A DNA stretch of 64,000 nucleotides from Naegleria gruberi (taxonomy: Eukaryota), in the NCBI GenBank assembly GCA_000004985.1, contig GG738888.1. The stretch is one strand, 5' to 3'. Position 1 is the first letter of the stretch. Each line of letters opens with the position of its first letter. The translations under genes were made by a program, and so were the position numbers. Positions 55,048 to 64,000 of this stretch are shown in pieces. The notes below the pieces were generated by a model, which worked only from the letters and a program-made list of their open reading frames with translations, was not told the origin of the DNA and did no database searches.

Positions 55048-56406
55048 TTATCTAATCCACAACCATCCCATCATGACACCATTAATAGGCATTGGGAGTG
55101 GGTTGTAATAACGGTAGTAATAAAAACCACTACCCTTACCATGAGGTTTTCCATCATAGGAACCACACATTGTCAGACAGTCAATACCTATACCAATCCT
55201 ACCATCTACAGTATCAGAAGTATCACCATCAGAAGAAAAACCAACTCTGATCTTGGATCCAAAGGAATCTTCACCTAGAGCATTGATATAACCAAATCTG
55301 TACCAATAGGCTGCCTTGTAATCGTAAGGAAGAGATCTCCATATACCAAGTGGCTTCTTATTAATTGGTTGAGTACCACAATTTGTTTGAGGTTCACATG
55401 TTGAAGTAGACATGTTGGTGGCATAGGATTTCATCATTCCATTGTTGGCAATCAAATTTCTGGCAGTATCGTACGAATGACTCCAAGAATTGTAATTTTC
55501 TAATGAATTCATAGCAAGTCTAGATTCTCTTCCTGCTAATTTATAAAAGAGAGGTGAGATGTAATCTTCATTGGCTGTAATATTTGTGAATGGTAATTTT
55601 TGTGTTCCTAAAAAGGATAAATCATTTGCAGTCCACATTGCATGGTCATACACGAAAGGAGAAGAAGTACTGGTTTTCATAATAAGAGTCCAACCACCTC
55701 CCATACTTTCCATATCACAATAAGCAGTGTAAATTGTTGGTCCAACATTGATTTGATATAATCCACTTCCTTCTCCATTGTAAGCATATGGCAGAGTTGG
55801 ATATCTGTATCCATAACATGATGTTGCTGTTGTTCCATCAGCAAAGGTTCTTCCCAAAATTGGATCATTAATTGTTGACATGTTTGAACAACTTGAGCCA
55901 CTAAACGATGTGAAACATAGACAATTATTGGATGAAATGCAAGTTCCATGTCCAGAGCAAACGGTTGGTGAATTGGCTGGAACACCATAGCATTCTACAG
56001 GAATATCACAATTTTCTCCTAAATATGTTGAACATTGAGCAGAGAGAATACTAATTTCTGATGAGAGCATCGACCGAGCAGACTCCTTCACTCGTAATTG
56101 ATGTTCTCTTTGAGCAATTTGCTCCAATAGCTTTGTATCATTTGCTTGCTTGAGAAATTCTATACCCTTTGAAATTTTAGCAATCGAGCATGAAAGAATA
56201 TCTTCTTCCTTTTGTTTGTCCTTAATATATCCCCTTAATCCGCATCCCTCACTCTCAGTATTTGTACATTTAGTTGTTGTTGGTGATGAGTGTACCACAT
56301 TCCCTCCCAAGAGACATGTCGCTAATATTACCAGAGAAAGAAGAAGCAGCGCAACTGCTTTTCTTCTTGAAATGATTGTCTTCTTCCTAGATGCTGGACA
56401 AAACAT
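55048..56406 (-). CDS. Secreted protein with a tenascin-type EGF module followed by a fibrinogen-related (FReD-like) domain, 452 aa
   Basis: True ATG at 56406, followed by a signal anchor (AVALLLLSLVILATCLLG) and a coiled segment. The EGF module is CYGVPANSPTVCSGHGTCISSNNCLCFTSFSGSSC. Next comes the FReD core CYGYRYPTLPYAYNGEGSGLYQINVGPTIYTAYCDMESMGGGWTLIMKT, matching the fibrinogen C-domain signature (VYCDM..GGGWTV[F/I]Q). The C-terminal half is divergent and lacks the classic NCA..GGWW. Confidence 0.6.
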   Translation of the reverse strand: MFCPASRKKTIISRRKAVALLLLSLVILATCLLGGNVVHSSPTTTKCTNTESEGCGLRGYIKDKQKEEDILSCSIAKISKGIEFLKQANDTKLLEQIAQREHQLRVKESARSMLSSEISILSAQCSTYLGENCDIPVECYGVPANSPTVCSGHGTCISSNNCLCFTSFSGSSCSNMSTINDPILGRTFADGTTATSCYGYRYPTLPYAYNGEGSGLYQINVGPTIYTAYCDMESMGGGWTLIMKTSTSSPFVYDHAMWTANDLSFLGTQKLPFTNITANEDYISPLFYKLAGRESRLAMNSLENYNSWSHSYDTARNLIANNGMMKSYATNMSTSTCEPQTNCGTQPINKKPLGIWRSLPYDYKAAYWYRFGYINALGEDSFGSKIRVGFSSDGDTSDTVDGRIGIGIDCLTMCGSYDGKPHGKGSGFYYYRYYNPLPMPINGVMMGWLWIR

Positions 56407-56621
56407 TTCAAACAGGTGCTTGTTTCTTTTGGTATTTTTTTACGTTTTTGAAAAGCTCCTTTACGCCTTAGTGTAATCTATTAAATTTTTCCCAGATAAT
56501 TTTCCTATGATCGTTTTGGAAAACAGTAGAAATTTGTTTACGGCCGAACGTTCAATCTCCCAATGGAACGACTCAATAGAAATAGTCCTAATGGTTATTA
56601 TTTCAAATAAACTTAGAATAT

Positions 56622-57227
56622 TTATTTGAAAATAATAAATTTTCCTTTAGGATTTGATTTTCTAAATTCAATTTCTTCAAACTTGTTGTATGAAAATCTC
56701 ACTCGATAGTTTGGTTTATCCTTTTTTTGTTTCCTTTTCTTTGAAATCTTATTCTTAAATAATGAGCTTTCTGGTTGATGAAAAGGGACGCAAAATGGAG
56801 CGTTTTCAATACGCGAAACTGGTTTCATATTGAGATCTATTTCTTCTTGTTGATTATTAGATATTATGATGTTGTTACAGACACTAGGGGAGCATTCATT
56901 AGAGGTTTGAGATGAAGGATTGGTTTGGAATAGAAATTCGTTTGGATTTGAATGGCAAGACAATTTGCTCCACACCAAGCCCAATGTAGATGGTACATTC
57001 CTCAATTCGAGGTCAATTAATTTGTCAATGTAATTTTCATCGAGAGTAATTCTTGTTGTTATTTGTGTTTCTATTATTACAGAACTTGAACTACTTGAAT
57101 TACTTGTACATGTGGATAATTCTGGCTCTTGGAGAAGGTTCATGCACTCACATGCTTTTATCCAAGAATACATGCCCAAAGCTGTATTGTTGTTAAATGG
57201 ATAAACATGTTCCTGGTTTGTTATCAT
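56622..57227 (-). CDS. Hypothetical protein (201 aa)
   Basis: ATG-initiated ORF (ATG at 57227), Ser/Asn-rich with a basic C-terminal KKRKQKKDKPNYR. No family is recognised, and coding status is weakly supported. Confidence 0.35.
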   Translation of the reverse strand: MITNQEHVYPFNNNTALGMYSWIKACECMNLLQEPELSTCTSNSSSSSSVIIETQITTRITLDENYIDKLIDLELRNVPSTLGLVWSKLSCHSNPNEFLFQTNPSSQTSNECSPSVCNNIIISNNQQEEIDLNMKPVSRIENAPFCVPFHQPESSLFKNKISKKRKQKKDKPNYRVRFSYNKFEEIEFRKSNPKGKFIIFK

Positions 57228-58433
57228 GTTGGTAGTTGACTTTAGGTTGTTTTTTTGATAGGTGTTAAGGAATTCCTTTGACCATTGTGGAGTATCGGTT
57301 TAGGTATGTGTGAACCTGGCAAAAATGGTCACTAAGAACGCGACATGGTTTTTAACATGATGTACAATAACTGAAATTGGTGTGCAAACTTGTTTCAGTC
57401 AAACCACACTCACTATCTCAACTCATAGATACTAATTGATCACTTTTCATAAAGGAACATATCTCCAACTACTAATAAATGTGGTTGTTTTACAATTATT
57501 GAAATAGCGATTCTTTCATGTTGTTGAGTATCCAAAGTTTCCGAATTGACTCTTCCAAACGGATACAAATATTAAACTATGGAACAAGTTGCTATTCCAA
57601 TACTGATTACTATGATAAACCATTATGATAACGGAGAATGGAATTAAACTAATGGCATTGATTGATTGCATGTACAACAATGGATAAACAGCTCTTGCAT
57701 ACACATCCAAAATATAATGTGCATCTATATCTGACATGGTCTTCAAGCTGGGTGTACACTAAATAATTATTTTCAAAGAAAATTATTTACGTTGTAGATG
57801 ATAACATGATAATTTGGACAATGTCCAAACTTTCCTTCTAGTTACCACGGGGTACACAACATGATGAAAAACAGTTCAGCGCCATTTTTTCAAAACAAAA
57901 TAATAAAAATCTTCATCACAACAGTGCTTTGTTATTACTTGGCCAAATGTTTGTTGCTTGTGGAGGACACGGAATCTTCAACCTTTCCGAATTGAAATAT
58001 ATTAAATTTAAAAAGGCATTGAAATGATAACTAATTGTGAATGAAAGAATTGAAAAGGAAAGAACTCAACCAATCATATTAATATTTTCAATGTACTGAT
58101 GAAGAGTGTAAAACAGGTCTCGATGCTTCATTATTGTTATGACTTTATGAATGGATCATTGGTCGTTTAAGGAAATGTACCACTGAATGATATAATACAA
58201 TCCAAGGATGGTCAAACGCAAACAAAGATCAAACACAAACAAAATATGATAGGAATGAAATGTTGGGTTGCAACAGCAGCGAATCAAACAATTCAAGGGT
58301 TTACATTGTACAATAATCGTACGATATATCACCCACTACAGTGCTCTAATTAGGTAATACGATGAGGAAATTACCAGTAGGTATGCTTCAATATTAAGCA
58401 AATCATCTTTAAAAAAATTAAGAACAATTAACA

Positions 58434-61400
58434 ATGATTAAGGCTAGAAGTAACTCTTCCCTCATTGTTGGTTTGGTGTTGATGTGCATGATTGCATTCT
58501 TGAGCGTTTATGCAAATGCTCGTAGAGGTGGTGGTGGAGGTGGAGGAGGAGGAGGAGGTGGTGGTGGTAGATCAGCACCAGCTGCTGCTCCAGTTTACAG
58601 AGCACCTACACCAGTTTACACACCAGTGTATAGAGCTCCGCAACCAGTTTATAGAGCTCCACAACCAGTGTACAGAGCTCCACAACCAGTATATAGAGCT
58701 CCAACTCCAGTTTATAGAGCTCCACAACATGTTTCAAGACCTACATCAGTTTATAGACCAGCTTCACAACCAGTTTCAAGACCTGTTACTAGATCTGCTT
58801 CTAAACCAGCTGCTGCCAACAAATTTGTTGCTACAAGGACATTAACTATTGGAAAGATGGCAGTTCACCACCACCACAAGCATGGTAAGCATCACCATCA
58901 TCACCACCACAAGCATGGAAAACATCATGATGGAAAGGATGGTAAGCATCACCATCACAAGCATGGTAAGCATCATCACCATCATCACCACCACCACAAG
59001 CATGGTCATGGAAAGGATGGTAAGCATCATCACCACCATCATCACCATAAACATGGCCATGGTGGATCTTCTGGCTCAACATCTGCTGGTTCCTCTCCTG
59101 TAATGGCAACTTTTGGTAGTGCATCCTCCAGGGGTATCTCACCAGTCAGATCAGTCTCAGTTTCAAATAAGAACGAACGTATTAGTGCTCCAGTTAAATC
59201 ATATAGAAGTGCTATTAAGTCTACTACAGAAAAGAGTACCAATGGTTCTAAATCATCTGTGTCAGTAAAGAGCCTCTCTGCAGGCAAAGGAAAGGAAAAA
59301 GCTCCAACTAAAAAGAATAACTCTCCTTCAGTTCGTAAGCAAAATAACAAATCTTCAACTAGTAAGAAAGATACTAAGGGAGATTCAAAAAAGCCAACTA
59401 CTCAAAAGGATACTAAGAAGAATATTAAGAAAGATAACAAGAAAGATAACAAGAAAGATACCAAGAAAGATGCTAAGAAGGATGCCAAGAAGGGTACTAA
59501 GAAAGATAACAAGAAGGTCAAAGATTCAAAGCCAAAGAAAACCACCGAAAGTGATGCGGATGATTTTTCTTACGGAACTGATGAAAGCTCCTCTCAACCA
59601 CAATACATCCCAGTTGAAAGTGCTCCAGTTGTAAGTGGTGACGAATACGTTGCACAAGTTGCTTCTATTCCTCAAAGAACTTTAGAAATTGAAGAAACTC
59701 CTGTAGTTTTTAGCAACCATGCCTTGCAAGTTAAACAATTTGATACTCCTACAGATGAAGAAGCTCTAGTTCAAAAGAAATCAAATAAGATTGACTCTGA
59801 TGACGAAGAAGTTCCAGTTCAAAAGAAATCTAAGATTGAATATGATGAAGAAGTTCCAGTAAAGAAGTCAAAGAACATTGATTATGAGGAAGAAAATCCA
59901 GTAAAGAAATCTAAGATTAAATCTTATGATGAAGAAGCTCCAGTTCAAAAGAAATCTAAGATTGAATATGATGAAGAAGTTCCAGTAAAGAAGTCAAAGA
60001 AAATTGAATCTGATGAAGAAGTTCCAGTTCAAAAGAAATCAAAGAAGATTGAATATGATGAAGAAACTCCAGTAAAGAAATCAAAGAAAATTGATTATGA
60101 TGAAGAAACTACAAGAAAGAAATCTAAGAAGATTGAATATGATGATGAAGAAGTTCCAGTAAAGAAGTCAAAGAAAATTGAGTATGATGAGGAAGAAAAT
60201 CCAGTAAAGAAATCTAAGATTAAATCTTATGATGAAGAAGCTCCAGTTCAAAAGAAATCTAAGATTGAATATGATGAAGAAGTTCCAGTAAAGAAATCAA
60301 AGAAAATTGATTATGATGAAGAAACTACAAGAAAGAAATCAAAGAAGATTGAATATGATGATGAAGAAGTTCCAGTTCAAAAGAAATCAAAGAAGATTGA
60401 ATCTGATGAAGAAGTAATTCCAAGAAAGAAATCAAAGAAGACTGAATACGATGAAGAAGAAAATCCAGTTTCTTCTATTCCTCAAAGAAAGAGATCAAAG
60501 AAGACTGAATCCGATGAAGAAGCTCCAGTTCAAAATAAATCCAACAAGTCAAAGAAGATTGAATCTGATGAAGAAGAAGCTCCAGTTCAAAAGAAATCAA
60601 AGAAGATTGAATATGATGAAGAAACTCTAGTAAAGAAATCAAACAAGACTGAAACTGATGAAGAAACTCCAAGAATGCAATTTAGTGAAGAAACAATGTC
60701 AATCAAGAAGCAATCAGTCAATACTCCAGAAATTCAAGTAGAAGAGGAAGAAGAATCTGAACAAGTTTCAGCCAAGTCAAATAATTCAAAGAAATCTGGA
60801 AAGAAACATGTTGCCAAGAAACAACCTGTGGAAGATTTAGAAATTGCTCCAAAACAAAGTGCTTCAAAGAAATCAGGAAAGAAGTATGGGAAGAAATCTG
60901 CTAAGAAGTATGGAAAGAAATTAAAGAAATATGGAAAGACATCTGAAAAGAAATTAAAGAAATCAAAGAAATCTGGAAAGAAGCATGGAAAAAAGAAATC
61001 TGGAAACAAGTTTGGAAAGAAATCAAAGAAATCTGGAAAGAAATCAAAGAAGTCAGGAAAGAAATCAAAGTCTAAGAAGTATGGAAAGAAGCATGGAAAG
61101 AAATCTAGAAAGAATAAGAAGTATGGAAAGAAATCAAAGCCAAAGAAGAAGTATGGAAAGAAATCAAAGAAGTCAGGAAAGAAATCAAAAAGAAATCTGG
61201 AAAGAAATCAAAGAAATCAGAAAAGAAATCAAAGAAGTCAGGAAATAGTAAGAAGTATGGAAAGAAATCTGAAAAGAAATCTGAAAAGAAATCAAAGAAA
61301 TCTGGAAAGAAATCTGGAAAGAAATCAAAGAAATCAGGAAAGAAATCAAACAAGAAATCTGGAAAGAGGGTAATTAAAAGGATTCCTATCAAGTCAAACA

Positions 61401-61795
61401 ATTCTGGAAAATATACACCTCAACCAGTTGGATTGCCTTATTCAAGATGGTATAAACAAAGAATCAATAGACTTGCTCCTCAATCAGTTACTCAATTCCA
61501 ACCTATCATCCAACCAATGGCCCAACCAATTGTCGCAATGACCACTTCACCAGTTGTGATCAAGCCACAAATTACTCCACAACCAACTATTGTTAACACT
61601 CCAACAGCTTCAGTAGCTCAAAGACCACAATCAGCAAATGGAGCAATGAATATTCAAAACATTGATATCAATATCGCAACCAATCCACAAGCTCCATCTA
61701 TCGCCAAACCAACTCCAAACATTGAATTGATTAGAAGACTTTTGGCTCAAAGAAGACAACAAGCTCAACAAAATCTTATTCCAATACAAAATTGA
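58434..61795 (+). CDS. Large secreted low-complexity protein (Gly-run, PVYRAPQ repeats, His-rich HHKHGK repeats, 18 tandem 13-aa KKSKKIEYDEEVPV repeats, KKSGKK C-terminal repeats) with an apparent frameshift near 61192
   Basis: True ATG at 58434, with a signal peptide MIKARSNSSLIVGLVLMCMIAFLSVYANA. The ORF in frame 1 runs to 61373. Around 61186-61200 an A-run (tcaaaaagaaatctgg, where the repeat elsewhere reads tcaaagaaatctgg) shifts the KKSGKKSKK reading into the RNLERNQ frame. The original frame continues in ORF 61433..61795 (...SGKRVIKRIPIK...PYSRWYKQRINRL...LIPIQN). This is most parsimoniously one gene with a homopolymer indel or a true frameshift. Confidence 0.6.
58590..58730 (+). repeat. 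Tandem 21-nt repeat encoding (PVYRAPQ)x6
   Basis: ccagtttatagagctccacaa units are repeated with minor variation. Confidence 0.85.
58861..59060 (+). repeat. His-rich repeat tract encoding HHHHKHGKHH(D/H)GKDGK units
   Basis: Repeated caccaccac / aagcatggtaagcat units. The antisense frames give spurious poly-M/V ORFs (58842..59060, 58846..59142). Confidence 0.85.
59764..60660 (+). repeat. Tandem in-frame minisatellite, ~18 copies of a 39-42 nt unit encoding KKSKKIEYDEE(V/A/T)PV(Q)
   Basis: Near-identical units (aagaaatcaaagaa[g/a]attgaatatgatgaagaagttccagt[a/t]...) are visible directly. Variant units encode IESDEE, IDYDEETTR, and IKSYDEEAPVQ. Confidence 0.9.
60770..61370 (+). repeat. Tandem 18-24 nt repeats encoding KKSGKK/KKYGKK
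   Basis: gaaagaaatcaaagaaatctg-type units. They read as KKSKKSGKK in one frame and ERNQRNLER in another. The frameshift at ~61192 lies inside this tract. Confidence 0.85.
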
Positions 61796-61903
61796 ATGTG
61801 GTAACTTTTTATCTAATTTCTATATCTTTCATGTGTTGTTATCAGCAATGTTACTTGGAATGATTGTTGTTTCTTTTTCTCACTTTTTCTCGCTCTCCAA
61901 TAC

Positions 61904-63118
61904 TTAAATTATTTTAGACCTATCTTCATCCACCGTTAATATCACTGTATCAAATAGAGGGGACGATTTCGTAAATAACGCTTTCTTGAATGGAGTTTCC
62001 AATCTAGTGATGGCATCAGCATCTCCTTCTTTGGCACCTCTCAAATATAATACGTAAGCCTTATTGATATCCTTTTCACAACCCCATCCATTCTCATACA
62101 TCCTTCCAAGCAGAAAATGTGCAAATTCACAATATCCACTATCTGATGATCTTTTAAAATGGTCAAATGCCTTATTGTAATCTTGTTCCACACCATTTCC
62201 ATTACAAAGCATTTCTCCATAGGTTGCAATACTATCGAAATTACCTTGTTCCATCGCTTCTTTGATCCACTTGAGAGCTGTTTGGAAATTTTGTTGAACT
62301 CCTTGACCTTTCAAATACATGTCTGCAATATTATTTTTTGCCAAGGCATCTCCCATCTCTGCAGCATCCAAATAATATTCCATTGCCTCTGAATAATCCA
62401 ATTTAACACCCTCACCACTGTGGAAAGCATAACCAACTCTGAAAATTCCATCAATACATCCCAAGTCAGCAGAATTTTCAAAATATTCGAATGCTTTCTT
62501 CAAATCTCGTTTTAATCCAAAGCCATGTCTATACATTAATCCAATTTTTTCCATTGATTGAGCATCACCTAATGCATTTCCTTTCCAAAACCAACTCAAT
62601 GCATTTGAATAATCATCACCCATGTAATAAACATTTCCACATCTATAAATTGCATCCACAGATCCATTATCAGCTGCTTTTTTATACCAATATAATGCCA
62701 TCTCTTGATTTTCTTCAACTCCTCTTCCACTTTCATAAAACCACCCAAGAAGTATCTGAGAATCCAATTCTTCACCTTCGGCAGCTTTTTTGAGCCAATA
62801 AAAAGCTTTTTCCACATTCTCTTCCACTCCATTACCATCATCATACATCCTTCCAACAATTGATTGAAATTCAGGACATCCTTTCTCAGCTCCTTTAAGT
62901 CTCCATTCAAATTCCTTCTGTTTATTATTTTCGGATTCATATCTATCACCAATTACTGCTATTAATTCAATTACAAGTTCGGGTTGTAAGTTCGGATCAT
63001 TCTCACTCTTTTCGAATAGAGTAATTAAATCCTCGAGATTCAATTCGTTTAAATCCGTTTCCATTGCATTGAGTGAGAGTGCTTCGCTCATGGGATCATC
63101 ATCGTGATGTTGTTCCAT
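61904..63118 (-). CDS. Sel1-like repeat (SLR/TPR-like) protein, ~404 aa
   Basis: Real ATG at 63118 (MEQHHDDD...); the track start at 63136 is GTG. There are at least 8 tandem Sel1 repeats with the canonical A..Y/W..AAEQGDA.AQ..LG.MY..G.GV..D...A..W pattern (e.g. KAFYWLKKAAEGEELDSQILLGWFYESGRGVEEN, KAFEYFENSADLGCIDGIFRVGYAFHSGEGVKLD). Confidence 0.8.
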   Translation of the reverse strand: MEQHHDDDPMSEALSLNAMETDLNELNLEDLITLFEKSENDPNLQPELVIELIAVIGDRYESENNKQKEFEWRLKGAEKGCPEFQSIVGRMYDDGNGVEENVEKAFYWLKKAAEGEELDSQILLGWFYESGRGVEENQEMALYWYKKAADNGSVDAIYRCGNVYYMGDDYSNALSWFWKGNALGDAQSMEKIGLMYRHGFGLKRDLKKAFEYFENSADLGCIDGIFRVGYAFHSGEGVKLDYSEAMEYYLDAAEMGDALAKNNIADMYLKGQGVQQNFQTALKWIKEAMEQGNFDSIATYGEMLCNGNGVEQDYNKAFDHFKRSSDSGYCEFAHFLLGRMYENGWGCEKDINKAYVLYLRGAKEGDADAITRLETPFKKALFTKSSPLFDTVILTVDEDRSKII

Positions 63119-63495
63119 TTTTTTTAATAAATACACTATTATTTACTATCGGATGGAAAATAATCTATTTTATATATTAAATGTAAAATTAATTCAACCA
63201 CCATGATCGATCGTATTTATATCTCGGAAATAAGCTATATTCAACAATTCTCTTTTTTGCTGATTGTGATGATGATCAATAGAAGTTTGAGAGGATGGCA
63301 TGCTGGACAGACTCCTAATTCTTGAAGAAGGTTGATAATTTTTATTAATAAGGCACCTTACACAAATTCCTCGTGTGTTCATCATGGCATCGCTAGGAAA
63401 ATAAGATTTGACTCTTCACACCAACAATGCAAATTCGCACCAGCAATTTACACATTAGCCAAATAGGGCTGTAATGAAGCTGTAACCCAAAAAAA

Positions 63496-64000
63496 ATGGC
63501 TTCAACCTCATCGGCGGCAACAATTCTTATTCTTATAATGATGCATCTTTTAGTATCATCACATCAGCGTGAAATTGCGTCACTCTCATGTAAGTTTTTC
63601 TTGTCTTTTGGTTGTTGATTTAATTCCTATTAAGGCAATGGATACTTGAGGTTATTAAAAGGATCTGTCTTTGAGAGTAATATAGACCTTGGGATTGTAT
63701 ATTCTTCAGTCAATTATGGTATTGAACAAGTTAAAAGCCGAGTTAAACAATGTAAATGTCCAAATATTTCGGAGCGAAATTTCCAAAGGCAATACCTAGG
63801 AGGACTTGAAGGATTGGTTTATAATTTAATGAATGATCATCCTACACTTGATAATACCTGTCCAAAACAATCGAGCTGGATAAAGATTAGCTCCCATTTG
63901 AAATCAATATCTTCATGTAATTTGGCTGATGTTTCTAATGGAAGTCCTTGTTTATTTGCATTAGGAATAGGCAGTATTCAAATTCAAGCTGCTTTTGCTG
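63496..64000 (+). CDS. Secreted protein, 5' part (gene continues beyond the window end), at least 2 exons
   Basis: ATG at 63496 after an A-run, then the signal peptide MASTSSAATILILIMMHLLVSS. Exon 1 ends at 63589. The 45-nt intron at 63590..63634 runs GTAAGT...ATTAAG. Exon 2 from 63635 is open to the window end (C-NGYLRLLKGSVFESNIDLGIVYSSVNYGIEQVKSRVKQCKCPNISERNFQRQYLGGLEGLVYNL...). No family is recognised with confidence. Confidence 0.5.

Noticed and set aside
58842-59142. ORFs encoding poly-Met/Val/His-rich peptides, antisense and alternate-frame to the His-rich tract (58842..59060, 58846..59142, 58849..59103)
   Set aside because: They are frame artefacts of the caccaccac/catggt repeat inside the sense CDS 58434..61795 and have no independent support.
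60475-61401. Antisense ORFs with FFPDFF / LISLLEFLH repeats (60475..60672, 60734..61009, 61105..61401) and the plus-strand RNLERNQ ORF 60985..61248
   Set aside because: They are reverse and alternate-frame readings of the KKSKKIEYDEE and KKSGKK repeat DNA. The sense frame carries a signal peptide and continuous repeats.
1-64000. CRISPR arrays, rRNA genes, transposons or retroelements
   Set aside because: I saw no direct-repeat/spacer arrays, no rRNA-like conserved blocks, and no LTRs, TIRs, reverse transcriptase, integrase or transposase-like ORFs. The repeats present are in-frame coding minisatellites.

Overview
This is a eukaryotic nuclear region, AT-rich (roughly 35% GC), gene-dense and amoebozoan in character. 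The myosin II, ABCC transporter and hybrid histidine kinase it encodes are most Dictyostelium-like. I resolve about 35 protein-coding genes, including a beta-mannosidase, an LZIC homolog, an inositol polyphosphate kinase and a Sel1 repeat protein. There are three nuclear tRNA genes (Leu-CAA, Asp-GTC, Ile-AAT) and a 50-nt assembly gap. I see no rRNA, CRISPR array or recognisable transposon. Many genes are split by very short spliceosomal introns (41-48 nt, occasionally 79-199 nt; donors GTAAGT/GTAGGT/GTATGT, acceptors TAG/CAG), so several genes span two or more entries of the ORF track. Many 'M' starts in the track are TTG/GTG rather than ATG; I re-derived real ATG starts where I could. The items most worth a second look are listed here. 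Two tandem N-myristoylated PPPDE-domain paralogs flank a tRNA-Leu gene. An F-box protein is fused to a Ras-like domain that lacks the DxxGQ switch-II motif. There is a candidate 7TM receptor with a C-terminal RGS-like domain. A secreted protein combines an EGF module with a fibrinogen-related domain. A large secreted Gly/His/Lys-rich protein carries about 18 tandem 13-residue repeats and a frameshift inside an A-run. A gene has a uORF or frame break at its 5' end.
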